From positions 6,076,001-6,140,000 of the forward strand of contig OX597837.1 of NCBI GenBank assembly GCA_951406725.2: DNA of 64,000 nt, read 5' to 3'. The position numbers were made by a program, and so were the translations under genes. This DNA comes from Octopus vulgaris. Its lineage: Eukaryota. The notes beneath the pieces are model-generated. The model did not search any database. It saw nothing but the letters and a program-made list of their open reading frames with translations, and was not told the DNA's origin. Below, piece after piece: positions 14,563-27,229 of the stretch (position 1 is the stretch's first letter; each line of letters opens with the position of its first letter).

Positions 14563-15819
14563 CATACACACACACATATATGTATATATACATACATACA
14601 CACACAATATATACATACACACACACACATATATATATACATACACACATATATATACATACACACACACATATATATATACATACACACACATATATAT
14701 ACATACACACACACATATATATACGTACACACACACACATATATATACATACATATATAAATACACACATACACACACATATATATAGATATATACATGC
14801 AAATATATATACATATATATATATGCATTTGTTTATATATATATGTATGCATGCACACATCCAATGGCTTACATAAACAGAAACGAATAAAGCAGTAAAT
14901 GTTTATAGAAAATTGTAAATTTATACAGAAATATCTATATTTATTGTGGATAAAAATCTGTATATAAATATCTCCCTACACTCCAATGTCTATTCTTTGC
15001 CCCTCTTGTATCACAAAGCAAACAACACATGTCTGAGCGTGTATATAGAAATCTATATACACACATACATACATATATATATATATATTACATACTTATG
15101 CATACAAACATATATGTACATATATGTATGTCTGCTCATTTACAAACGTAGATAAATATGTATATTTATTTCTGTATGTATGAATGTAAACTTTATTGAT
15201 AAAGTAATTCACATGCATATTTATATACGCACACATGTGCATGTGTGTGCAGCTATATATAAATAGCGTTTCCATTTACATGGACCTGCACAAGCATATA
15301 TCTTTACACACATATCATGTACAAATCAAATGATATGGATATATATATACATACATATATATATGTATACATATATATATATACATATATAATATATATA
15401 CATAAATATATATATATACATATATATATACATAAATATATATATATATATAAATATATATATACATATATGTGCATATATATATGCATATATAAATATA
15501 TATGTATATATATATATATATATACATATATGTGCATATATATATACATATATATATATATACATATATATAAATATATATATATACATATATGTGCATA
15601 TATATATACATATATATATATATACATACATATATATATATGTATATATAACATATATATATATATATATGTATGTATATATAACATATATATATATATA
15701 TATGTATGTATATATAACATATATATATATATATATGTATGTATATATAACATATATATATATATATATGTATGTATATATAACATATATATATATATAT
15801 ATTTAAGTATGTATATATA

Positions 15820-15857
<38 letters not shown>

Positions 15858-16274
15858 AAATTTCAACACACATATACCTTATACGGATGCACAGATACTT
15901 GGAAATGTTTGGAGGTAAAAAAACACACTCGCATACGCACATCTATATAATAATTGAGTTCTTAAGATTCACCATTAAAGAAACTTTTATAAAAATATAA
16001 TTTTATACATTTCTCTCTCCTCCAAAATAGAAAATAAAACAATGTCGACCTAGAAATACAGTTTTAAATTTTCTAAATTCCATTTCTTCAAGTAATTCTA
16101 TGTTTTTTGTTTTTGTTTTTTCTTTTTCCATTTGTCTTTTGTTCTTAGATGAGAATGTATTTTTAATCTATACTTAACCGATATATCTTTGTCATACATA
16201 CACTCCTGTATGCCAGAAGTATGTCGCACAGACTCATATATATATATATGTGTGTGTGTGTATGTATATATATA

Positions 16275-16306
<32 letters not shown>

Positions 16307-16317
16307 CATACACATAT

Positions 16318-16713
16318 AGGCGCAGGAGTGGCTATGTGGTAAGTAGCTTGCTAACCAACCACATGGTTCTGGGTTCAGTCCCACTGCGTGGCATCTTGGG
16401 CTAGTGTCTTCTGCTATAGCCCTGGGCCGACCAATGCCTTGTGAGTGGATTTGGTAGACGGAAACTGAAAGAAGCCTGTCGTATATATGTATATATATAT
16501 ATATATGTGTGTGTTTGGGTTTGTCCCCCTAGCATTGCTTGACAACCGATGCTGGTGTGTTTACGTCCCCGTCACTTAGCGGTTCGGCAAAAGAGACCGA
16601 TAGAATAAGTACTGGGCTTACAAAGAATAAGTCCCGGGGTTGATTTGCTCGACTAAACGGGTGCTCCAGCATGGCCGCAGTCAAATGACTGAAACAAGCA
16701 AAAGAGTAAAGAG

Positions 16714-16715
<2 letters not shown>
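16318..16715 (+). mobile_element. SINE family A, full-length reference copy
   Basis: tRNA head (gtggctatgtggtaag...gggttcagtccc), CORE-like ttgggc(a/t)agtgtctt, internal (TA)n(TG)n, tail gtgctccagcatggccgcagtcaaatgactgaaac(aaaagagt)n; more than 20 copies in the window. Confidence 0.9.
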
Positions 16716-16769
<54 letters not shown>

Positions 16770-16999
16770 CACACACTTACACACTCTTATTTTTTTACTT
16801 GTTTCAGTCATTTTGACAGTGGCCATACTGGAGCAACGCCTCTTGGTCGAAGACATCTATCCCACGTCTTATTCTTTGTAAGCTTCCTACTTATGATATC
16901 CGATGTTTTTGCCTAACTGCAAAGTTATGGTGACGTAAACACCAGCATTGGTTTTCAAGCAATAGTGACGGACAAACACAGACACAAATATATATATAT

Positions 17000-17750
17000 G
17001 GAAAAAAAGTCAAGGTATAAAATGCTAAAATAATTTGATAAAAAACACTTCAGTACCGGTTTCAGTCATTGAGACTTTTTCAACTCTAAGTATGGAAAAC
17101 AATTAAATTTTGGAAAAATTAAAAGAAAAGTTTTTGTAAAAGAATATTTGCATAGTATTCAAATACAAGGGGCATTTTCCTTGTTTCTCCCATCTCTGTC
17201 TCTCTTGTTTGCTCTTGTGGGTTCAAGGTTCTTGTGAATTATTGGTAGGGAAGATGAAGAAGCAGGAGAAGGAGGGAGTGGAGAAGAAGAAGAAAAAGAA
17301 GAAAAAGAAGAAGAAGAATGATAATAATGTGGGAGTGCCATGATAGTAGTATGTTAAATGGTCAAGTGCTCTGAAAGTGATCCGTTATGGATGGTAGTAG
17401 TGACTGAATTCTTGAGACATCTCTTTTGAATGTGTTGTTTATAAAATTTGCATAGGTATTATTATAAGCAACAATAGCGGTAAAGTTAGGAAGGAGGTGG
17501 CGGAGAGGAAGAAGACAAAGAAGAAGGAGAAAGAAAAGGGAGAATAAGAAGGAATGTAGGTAGTATGATAATAGAAGTGTGTTAAATGTGTCAAGTGTCC
17601 TAAAAGTGGATCGTTATGGATTAGAGCAGTGATTAGGACTGCTTTTTAATGAACTCTTGGGAATCTCTTGAGTGTATCATTTTAATATTTACGTGTGTGT
17701 TTGTGTTATTCTAAGAAAGCTGCGACTGTATACGAAAACAAGGACAGATA
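17000..17750 (-). mobile_element. Penelope-like fragment with decayed hammerhead and internal duplication
   Basis: Minus strand TTGAAAA-agtc/gact-GAAA-CCGG-TA (17047-17091); diverged duplicate blocks ~17340-17460 and ~17565-17690. Confidence 0.45.
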
Positions 17751-17806
17751 AAATCAAAGAAAAATAAAAGAAATATAAATACACACATATAAAAATATAA
17801 AAATTT

Positions 17807-17956
17807 TTATTTCTTTAGACCATGATACTCTTTGAAAAAATTTTCAAAATCACTCTCATCAAAAGCAGATTTTTTGGTGACCTTCTTCTTCTTCTTTGCA
17901 TTGTGTTTCTTACCAAAAATGAACTTTTTCTTGGAATTAGATGTGTTCTTCATTAT
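17807..17956 (-). CDS. RPS19BP1: RPS19BP1/AROS-like gene, terminal exon (IMKNTSNSKKKFIFGKKHNAKKKKKVTKKSAFDESDFENFFKEYHGLKK*)
   Basis: Branch point actaac, long polypyrimidine tract and ttgcag|; C-terminal KKxxxxxxFxExDFxxFxxEY motif typical of AROS; TAA overlapping AATAAA; total CDS 405 nt = 134 aa. Confidence 0.85.
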   Translation of the reverse strand: MMKNTSNSKKKFIFGKKHNAKKKKKVTKKSAFDESDFENFFKEYHGLKK

Positions 17957-18002
17957 CTGCAAAAGAGAAGAAAAAAAACAGTGGGTAAAGTTAGTAATGT
18001 TA

Positions 18003-18355
18003 CCCTCTTGGGCTGTGCTGAGTCACAAGGGCCGGTTTCCTGGTTTTCATGGTGAATATATATTTCTTTATTGCCCACAAGGGGCTAAACACAGAGGGGA
18101 CAAAAAGAGGACAGACAAAGCGATTAAGTCGATTACATCGACCCCAGTACATAACTGATACTTATTTAATATAATCTGCACCTGTACAGGACGCCGGTCA
18201 GTTGCAAGATTACACATCTTTGCCAGGTGAGTGGACAAGAGCAACATGAAATGAAGTGTTTTGCTCAAGAACACGTGTTGCCCAGGCCTGGAATCGAAAC
18301 CACAATCTTATGATTAGGAGTCCAACACTCCTAACCACTAAGCCACACACCTCCA
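18003..18355 (-). mobile_element. Family E-related tRNA SINE with a nested 5'-truncated family B tail (18060-18170)
   Basis: tRNA head at 18280-18355, core ttgagcaaaacacttcatttc; inserted tatttctttattgcccacaagggg... block. Confidence 0.7.
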
Positions 18356-18667
18356 CAAAAAGAAAAAGAGAAAAATGGGTAAAAACAAAATTATCACAAC
18401 ACACTGATGAAATTACACACATACACACACATCATCATCATGGTCATCTCTTTATGTCTCCTTTTCCATGCTGGTATGAGTCGGATGAATCTTGATGAGG
18501 TTGTAGAGGAAATATATAGTCAGTACAAGGTGTTGATGTGGCTGTGTGTATGTTATTACAAGAGTTCATAAAGAGATAAAAGATTAAGTTCAAGACCAAT
18601 ATATTTACTACATAGAAATATATTTTATTTACTGGTCGATGATGATACATAGAATCAATTAATAGAA

Positions 18668-18920
18668 TACGGTGGCACGTAAAAAGCACCATCCGATCAT
18701 GACCATTTGCCAGCCTCTTATGGCACCTGTGCCGGTGGCACGTAAAAAGCACCCACTACACTCACGGAGTGGTTGGCATTAAGAAGGGCATTCAGCTGTA
18801 GAAACACTGCCAGATCAGACTGGAGCCTGGTGCAGCCTTCTGGCTTCCCAGACCCCAGTTGAACCATCTAACCCATGCTAGCATAGAAAGCGGATGCTAA
18901 ACGATGATGATGATGACGAT
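18668..18920 (+). mobile_element. SINE/retroposon family D 3' portion with (GAT)n tail
   Basis: ggtggcacgtaaaaagcacc repeats and ...catgctagcatagaaagcggatgctaaacgatgatgatg; further copies at 1-80, 20860-21060, 24360-24850 and 28140-28390. Confidence 0.8.
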
Positions 18921-19162
18921 GAATTAAATGAAGTAATCTATGCAAGAGAGTTCAGAGATAGAAAATATAGAAATAACAGCTAAGTGGTGGTTTTCAGTCA
19001 TGTGGCATAGAGAAATAGATGGACATAGCAATGGCGTGAATGGCTCTAAGTCTAATTGACTAAGAAGCAAAGAGCAGGGTTAGCAAGCTGTTTTTATTAA
19101 TGGAACGCTAGACATTCTAGAAACTTCCAAAGGAAATGCTAAGCTTCTTGAATAATTAAGAA

Positions 19163-19485
19163 TGCGTGGCACCTTGGGCAAGTGTCTTCCACTATAGCCT
19201 CGGGCCGACCAAAGCCTTGTGAGTAGATTTGGTAGACGGAAACTGAAAGAAGCTTGTCGTATATATTTATATACATTTGTATGTGTGTGTGTGCTTGTCC
19301 CCCTAACATCACTTGACTACTGATGCTGGTATGTTTATGTCCCCATAACTTAGCGGTTCAGCAAAAGAAACCGATAGAATAAGTACTAGGCTTATAAAGA
19401 ATAAGTCCTGAGGTCGATTTGCTCGACTAAAGGCGGTGCTCCAGCATGGCCACAGTCAAATGACTGAAACAAGTAAGAGAGTAAG
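19163..19485 (+). mobile_element. SINE family A (5'-truncated, CpG-decayed)
   Basis: Homology to 16318-16715. Confidence 0.85.
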
Positions 19486-19538
19486 ATTCCAAGAGAGGAA
19501 TATTGTATAAGTTATGTGTGTGTGTACATACATGTGTG

Positions 19539-19595
<57 letters not shown>

Positions 19596-19740
19596 GTATC
19601 ATTGAGTGTGTATATAGATACATAATTTGATTTTATGAAATACTTTTCCAAATTTACTTCATTTCTAATTATTTATCTATTTTATTTGTCAATAATTTTA
19701 ATTTACCTGTAAGGTAAGTGACAAGTTTTGATTAACTTAC

Positions 19741-19870
19741 ATTTGTGAATCAGTAACGTGTGTTTGCATGTATTGATACAAAATGTGTGTTTCTGTGTAA
19801 TTATGCCTGTGTCTAGGTGTATTTCTACACAGGTGTGTGAGAAGATATTTTGCCTTGTTGCAATGTAAGT
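19741..19870 (-). other. Candidate alternative or cryptic 130-nt exon in AROS intron 3
   Basis: Acceptor ttttccgcag|, donor AT|gtaagt; open in phase 0 from exon 3, but length is not a multiple of 3. Confidence 0.4.
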
Positions 19871-20279
19871 CTGCGGAAAATGTAATTTGTTCTGTAGTTT
19901 TTCTTCAAATATAAATTTCATCATTCATTTCTGTTTTACCTTTATGATACACCTGTTTCATGAACACAAATTCTTCAAAATTAAGATTTTAATGTTATAC
20001 CCAGTTGAATATAAAGCTAATAATTCAATTTCTATGGTGATTCTCAAACAAAATTTAATTAATTTTTCAATTTCGCCAAATTTACCTGTATTTACCTGTA
20101 ATTAAATTCACTTTTGAGAGAAAAATCATATAATAGATTTATTGTCAGTAATCTTTTGTTGTATTCCAAACACGCATTAATATATCACCTTCATAAGAAT
20201 GAAAAAGGAAAGGTCGATGTTTTATAGAATCACTCTCAATTCACAGTTATTGTAGAATTTAATAATTGAAAGACATAAG

Positions 20280-20850
20280 TATAGGTATGGCCATGTGGTT
20301 AAGCTTGCTTGCCAATCACCTGGTTTCAAGTTCAATCTCACTTAGTGGTATCTCGGACAAAGGTCTTTTTTATCGCCCTGGACCAACCAAAGCCTTGTCG
20401 ATGCATTTGGTAGACAGAAACTGAGACGCTTAAGGCGGCGAGCTGGCAGAATCGTTAGCACACCGGATGAAATACTTAACGGTATTTTGTCTGCCGCTAC
20501 ATTCTGAGTTCAAATTCCACCGAGGTCGAATTTGCCATTCATCTTTTCGGGGTCAATAAATTAAGTACCAGTTACGCACTGGGGTCGATGTAATCGACTT
20601 AATCCGTTTGTCTGTCCTTGTTTGTCCCCTCTATGTTTAACCCCTTGTGGGTAGTAAAGAAATAAGAAATAAGAAACTGAAAGAAGCTTGCTTTTCATAG
20701 GCATGGCCATGTCGTTAAGTTTGCTTGCCAATCACATGGCTTCAAGTTCAATCTCACTTAGTGGTACCTCGGACAAAGGTCTTTTTTATCGCCCTGGACC
20801 AACCATGGCCTTGTTGGTGCATTTGGTAAACGGAAACTTAAAGAAGCTTG
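20280..20850 (+). mobile_element. Duplicated family A heads with a full family B SINE (20431-20670) between them
   Basis: 20280-20425 resembles 20697-20850; B copy from aggcggcgagctggcagaatcg to gtaaagaaataagaaata. Confidence 0.8.
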
Positions 20851-21282
20851 ATGTACATATCATCATCATCATCATCTAATGTCTGTTTTACAAGCTAGTA
20901 TGGGTTGGATGGTTTAACGGGAGCTAGCAAGGCCAGGGGCCACACCAAGCTTCATAGTCTGTTTTGGAATGGTTTCTACAGCAGGTTGCCCTTCCTAACA
21001 CCAACCACCCCACAGAGTGTACTTGGCGCTTTTTATATGGCACCAGCATTCAGAACAATTTTGTTGTGGTGGAGGGGTCTTCTTGAGTGCAGCCATGTGC
21101 CAGATACCATACATCTTGGTCATCTCCTTCATAAGGCTCAATGTCTTGAGGCTGACCTTCAAAACATCATCTCATATTTGCACCCCCCTCTCTCTCTCTA
21201 TATATATATATAACATGACACAATCCGATCCATGCAAACAAAGAAAGGTGGACATTAAAACTATATATCTGTGTGTGTTTAC

Positions 21283-22419
21283 TCTTTTACTTGCTTCAGT
21301 CATTTGACTACGGCCATGCTGAAGCACTGCCTTTAGTCGAACAAATCGCCCCCACGACATATTCTTTGTAAGCCTAGTTCTTATTCTATCAGTCACTTTC
21401 GCTTGACCACTAAGTCATAGGGGACATAAACACACCAACATTGGTTGTCAAGTGATGTGGGGGGAGGGAAGGCAAACACAGACACACACATATATATACA
21501 TACACAATGGGCCTCTTTCAGTTTCCATCTACCAAATCCACTCACACGGCTTAGAATAATGGTTTCATATTTTTTTTATAATTAAGATCTAAACTGTTAA
21601 TATATGTGTGGCATCTTGGGCAAGTGTCTTCTGCTATAGCCCCGGGCCGACCAATGCCTTATGAGTGGATTTGGTAGACAGAAACTGAAAGAAGCCTGTC
21701 ATATATATGTATATATATATATATGTCTGTATATGTTTGTGTGTCTGTGTTTGTCCCCCTAGCATTGCTTGACAACCGATGCTGGTGTGTTTACGTCCCC
21801 ATAACTTAGCGGCTCGGCAAAAGAGACCGATAGAATAAGTACTGGGCTTGCAAAGAATAAGTCCCGGGGTCGATTTGCTCGACTAAAGGTGGTGCTCCAG
21901 CATGGCCGCAGTCAAATGACTGAAACAAGTAAAAGAGTATATGAATGCAAAAAAGACAGTTACTCTTTTACTCTTTTACTTGTTTCAGTCATTTGACTGC
22001 GGCCATGCTGGAGCACCGCCTTTAGTCGAGCAACTCGACCCCAGGACTTATTCCTTTGTAAGCCCAGTACTTATTCTATCGGTCTCTTTTGCCGAACCGC
22101 GGGCCACAGTATATTGTAGGTGAAATTGAGGTAAGATATTGTTCAGAACAGTATTATGTTCTAATAATTTGAATGTCACTGTCAATTCTACCGTTTTCCC
22201 TTTCTCATATACACTTTACCCTTACTCTTTTACTAGTTTCAGTCATTTCGACTGTGGCCATGCTGAAGCACCGCCTTTAGTCGAGCAAATCGACCCCGGG
22301 ACTTATTCTTTGTAAGCCCAGTACTTATTCTATCAGTCTCTTTTGCCGAACCGCTAAGTGACGGGGGACGTAAACACACCATCATCGGTTGTCAAGCAAT
22401 GCTAGGGGGACAAACACAA

Positions 22420-22450
<31 letters not shown>

Positions 22451-22597
22451 CATATATACGACAGGCTTCTTTCAGTTTCCGTCTACCAAATCCACTCACA
22501 AAGCATTGGTCGGCCTGGGGCTATAGTAGAAGACACTTGCCCAAGATGCCACACATTGGGACTGAACCCGGAACCATGTGGTTGGTTAGCAAGCTAC
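21283..22597. mobile_element. Cluster of family A SINEs in both orientations (21283-21555 -, 21607-21938 +, 21961-22100 -, 22222-22597 -)
   Basis: Direct homology to the reference copy. Confidence 0.85.
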
Positions 22598-22604
22598 ATA
22601 TATA

Positions 22605-22942
22605 TAATATAGGATAAAATTTTTCGAAAAAAATTCTATCAATGGTCAGCATATTAAAAAATACCTTTAAAGGTTAAATTTATAAACAACTTATAAACAA
22701 GGGCAAAAGAAATATAATTTCTAATGCCAAATATGCTGAAAACAGACACATCGTCAATAGCTATATTATAGTGATGAATTATATGGTTATTGACGATGTG
22801 TCTGTTCTAGGCATATTTGGCATTAGAAATTATATTTCTTTTGCCCTTGTTTATAAGTTGTTTATAAATTTAACCTTTAAAGGTATTTTTTAATATGCTG
22901 ACCATTGATAGAATTTTTTTAGAAAAATTTTATCCTATATTA
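22605..22942. repeat. Near-perfect foldback palindrome (~160-bp arms, ~14-bp spacer) in (TA)n
   Basis: 22605-22766 is the reverse complement of 22781-22942 with few mismatches. Confidence 0.9.
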
Positions 22943-23647
22943 GATATATATATATATGTGTGTGTGTGTGTGTATCCCTCTCTGTTAGGAGGCACAAAAA
23001 CTTACATATATACACACGACAGTAACTTCTGACTACCAAAATCAATCACAAGGCTTTGGTCGGCCTGAGGCTATAGCAGAAGATACTAGCCCAAAGTGCT
23101 ACACAGTGGGACTGAACCCGAAACCATGTGGCTAGAAAACAAGCTTCCTAACCACCACAGCCGAGCTAGAGCCTATACATATATATATTTCGTTATTTGT
23201 ACTGTGTACAGCAACATCTGAAATGATAACTTTCACATTTATTATTAAAACGTTCCAGCAAATTCAAATATGCTAGTCGCTGTTGTGTATGTCACAGGAG
23301 AATTCTCCCTTTTATGATAGACTCGACCACGTAGCTGGCCGATTGCAACTGGGGGAGCTGAACAGGGGTACAGACAAAAGTGTCAAAGTGGACAAAAGCC
23401 TCATGCTTATATTTTTCAGCTTCCATCTACCAAAACCACTCACCAGGCTTTGTTCAGCCAGGGGATACAGTAGAAGATACAAGGTTCAGTTTTGTACAGC
23501 GTACCTGAACCTAAGCCTACCTAGTTGGGAAGCACGCTTTTTAATTACACAGCTATGCTGGCACCGGGGCCTAGTATTCCAATTAATCTGAATTATCATT
23601 TCTATGGTAGAATCCTGTAAACCCAGAACCCAGAGAAACAAACTTAC

Positions 23648-23754
23648 TTCATTTATGTGACCTGATGTAGCAGCTTTCCTTTTCCTGGCAAACATCTGCA
23701 AAGCCTGAAGGTTATCATCCAAACAGTTTTTTCGATGTCCTGCTTGAAGTTTTT
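23648..23754 (-). CDS. RPS19BP1: RPS19BP1/AROS-like gene, exon 3 (KLQAGHRKNCLDDNLQALQMFARKRKAATSGHINE), 107 nt, phase 1 to 0
   Basis: Acceptor ttctattttcag|, donor GAA|gtaagt; only one open frame, compatible with both neighbours; aligns with the AROS 'DHLRVNLKFL' block. Confidence 0.82.
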
Positions 23755-24359
23755 CTGAAAATAGAAGCAATTACATAGAAAGGAGGGTTAGTTTGTCAGT
23801 TGGTTATGATTGTGTTTGGTTAGGTTTGGATCAATTGTGATCCATGATAACTAAGATCAAAGACATCCCCAAAGAGGCCAGGGAACAGAAGAAAGAAGAA
23901 GACATGCACTCAACACCAGAGCTGAAGACACCTCCGAAAGGGGGGGCCCCGCCACGTCAAAACGGTAGAGGAGTAGGGGCCGAAACCAGATGTGGTTCCT
24001 CCTGATGATGTCTTGAGCTAACTGGATCCTATAAAGGAGCTGTTGTGGTAGTAGAACACGAAACACGGTTGTAATTCCTGTTTTTATTTTTTATTTTAAG
24101 GGCCGCATTATTATGCATTTTCTCAGTCCCTGTGTAAATCTTGATTGATCTGTTGCAACCGTGGCCTTGCTTTTTGTTCTAGGAACCCTCTCCCCCACCT
24201 GCCATATTCAGTCACAAGACATTCGTTGGCTACAGTAAAACATTTAACCGAAGTGCCAAAGAGTGGGATTGAACTTGGGATTACATGGATCACATGTGAA
24301 TTACTTAACCACACAGCAATACTTTCACTTATTAATCTAATCTTTAATCTCTCTCTCTC

Positions 24360-24850
24360 ATCATCGTTTAATGTCTGCTTTCCATGCTGGCATGGGTTGG
24401 ATGGTCTGACTGAGGACTGGTGAGCCAGAAGGCTGTACCAGGCTCCAATCTGATCTGGTAAAGATTCTACAGCTGCATGCCCTTCCTAATGCCAACCACT
24501 CTGAGAGTGTATTGGGTGCTTTTATGTGCCACTGGCATGAGGGCCAGTCAGGTGGTACTGGCAACAACCACGCTCAAAAGGTGTTTTCTACGTGCTACCT
24601 GCACAGGAGCCAGTCCGGTGGTACTGGCAACGACCACGCTCAAATGTTGTTTTTTCACATGCCACTGGCACATATGCCAGTTAGGTGATGCTAGCAACGA
24701 TCAAGCTTGAATGGTGCTTTTCATGTGCCACCGGCATGGGAGCCAATCAGCAGCCCTGGTAACGATCACACTTGGATGGTGCTTTTAACGTTCCACTGGC
24801 ACGAGTGCCAATCAGGCGGAACTGTCATCGGTCACGTCAGCGATTTTGAT
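24360..24850 (-). mobile_element. Family D retroposon with internal ~60-bp tandem expansion
   Basis: Repeated gtgccac(c/t)ggca...gcca.tc.gg.gg.actggcaacgaccacgct units. Confidence 0.75.
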
Positions 24851-25098
24851 TCTGATTTTACTTGCCTCAACAGGTCTTCGCACGCAAAGTTTAATGTCCA
24901 ATGAATGAGAGCTATATATATATATATACACATATATATAGATACATATATATATACTTATATATAGATACATATATATACATATATATAGATACATATA
25001 TATACATATATATAGATACATATATATACATATATATATGCATATATATATACATATATATAGATACATATATATATACATATATATACATACATACA

Positions 25099-25144
<46 letters not shown>

Positions 25145-25146
25145 CA

Positions 25147-25187
<41 letters not shown>

Positions 25188-25586
25188 ATACATATATATA
25201 CATACATATATATATACATATATATAGATACATATACATATACATATATATATACATACATATATACATATATATATACATACATATATACATATATATA
25301 TACATACATATATACATATATATATACATACATATATACATACATATATACATACATATATATATATACATATATATATACATACATATATATATATACA
25401 TACATATATATATATATACATACATATATATATACATACTTATATATATATACATACATATATATATATATACATACATATATATATACATACATTATAT
25501 ACATACATACATATATACATACATACATACATACATATATACATACATACATATATACATACATACATATATACATACATACATAT

Positions 25587-25637
<51 letters not shown>

Positions 25638-25744
25638 TAAATAAATATACATACATAATATACATATATATATATGTATGTACATATATATACATACATA
25701 AATAAATATACATATATATATACACATACATATATACATACATA

Positions 25745-25980
25745 TATGAACAACAAGGTTTATGAACAACAAGCAAGTGTATTAGTTTGACACTTGGGAA
25801 AGTGAGAAAGTCTTTTACGTTTCGAGCATACGCTCTTCAACAGAAAGGAATAAGAGACAATAAACAGAGACAAAACAATATATACGCACACACATGTACA
25901 ACACACTCACAGAGGTAGTAACATATACACACTCATAGACATTATTCATGCTTCCACACGCAAACATATACATGCTCTTA
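25745..25980 (-). mobile_element. Penelope-like terminal fragment with mutated minimal hammerhead (25812-25847)
   Basis: Minus strand cttt-CTGTTGA-A-GAGC-gtat-GCTC-GAAA-CG-TA-aaag; same architecture as 62734-62768. Confidence 0.6.
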
Positions 25981-25981
25981 T

Positions 25982-26553
25982 CATCATCATTGTTCGACCG
26001 TGGTCGAGACAATGGAATTTACTATGTTACGCCAGACTTCACGGTCCATCATAGCATTACGGAGGTCCTGTTGCTGGATGCCTGTATCCCTGGAGATTAC
26101 ATCAGGGTAGGAGAGTGTGCACCCTCTGGTATTGCCAGTAGATGGCTTCCAGAGGAGAAGAGTAGAAATTACTTCTTTTTCAGCTCTACAACAATGTCCA
26201 GCAAACTGGACTCTCCTACCTTTCACAAGAGATGACACAGGTGGTAGTTTCCCATATATTTGCATTTTGGTTGGATGGCGCTTCCACGAGAGATTTTGAG
26301 CTCTCATAAGGAGGCGAGTGTAGGATCCATCCAACCGCCTCTCAAGCTTCTTTGATAACGTCCAGGTTTCTGAGCCATATAGTAGAATTGGTTCGACTGT
26401 GGCTTTGAATATTTCAAGTTTGAAGTCTCTACTTAGATTTGATGACCAGATCTTATGCATGTCATTACAGGCTGACCAGGCCATACCCTTTCTAGATAGA
26501 AAGTCTTTTCCAGATGATGATATGTATGACCCAAGATATTTATAATCAGAAAC
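25982..26553 (-). mobile_element. 5'-truncated RTE LINE with uninterrupted RT C-terminal frame, (TGA)n tail and 11-bp TSD
   Basis: YKYLGS...LLYGSETWTL...RRVQFAGH...DREVWR; TSD catgctcttat at 25971-25981 and 26554-26564. Confidence 0.92.
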
Positions 26554-26778
26554 CATGCTCTTATACACAAGCATAACATACACATGGTCACACACATAAC
26601 ATACACACGCTTGACCACACACATAACATACACACACTCACTCACTCATGATACACTCATACACATAATACACCCACATAATAGACGAGACTCAAACACA
26701 TACATACATACACATAACACACAACATGCCTGTACACACACACACACACACACAATAAGATCCAAATGATTAACTTAC

Positions 26779-26868
26779 CAACTATAGACTTGTGTACTTT
26801 TTTCTTCTTTTTCTTTGTTGTTGTTTCAGTTCCAGCCGACATTGCATCAATCTTCATACATTTGGCAA
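26779..26868 (-). CDS. RPS19BP1: RPS19BP1/AROS-like gene, exon 2 (AKCMKIDAMSAGTETTTKKKKKKVHKSIV), 90 nt, phase 1 to 1
   Basis: Acceptor cttctcag|, donor TTG|gtaagt; open frame; Lys-rich with KSIVE matching the AROS KSA(L/I)(D/E)E region. Confidence 0.8.
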
Positions 26869-26982
26869 CTGAGAAGCGGTTTTAAATGTTTGAAATTCAA
26901 AGTTGGAGATATGGAAAAAAAAGGGGAAAATATACAAATTAAATAAAATTTAAACTCTAGCAGTGGCAGAAGTGCAATTCAG

Positions 26983-27120
26983 TTTTTATTGGCTCAAAAA
27001 GCAAAAGCAAGGCCATGTAGGGGGACAGGAAGTTATGTACAGGGAGGGTGGTCATACAAAGAGTTCAGGCCATTTCTAGTCAAGAGAGACTTGGAACCGA
27101 GCGGTCATTGACATCTTCAG
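26983..27120 (-). mobile_element. CR1 LINE extreme 3' end (second copy of the 11445-11570 segment)
   Basis: aaaagcaaggccatgtagggggaca.g..gttatgtacagggagggtg is shared with 11470-11520. Confidence 0.8.
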
Positions 27121-27229
27121 TAGTGGCTGTATTAATGGTAGATGGAGGTTATGGTCATGTTCAGGATTGTCTCCGGATTCTAAAACTACTTTATATTATC
27201 TTGAAATTTACTTGGTTACTTTATTGCTG

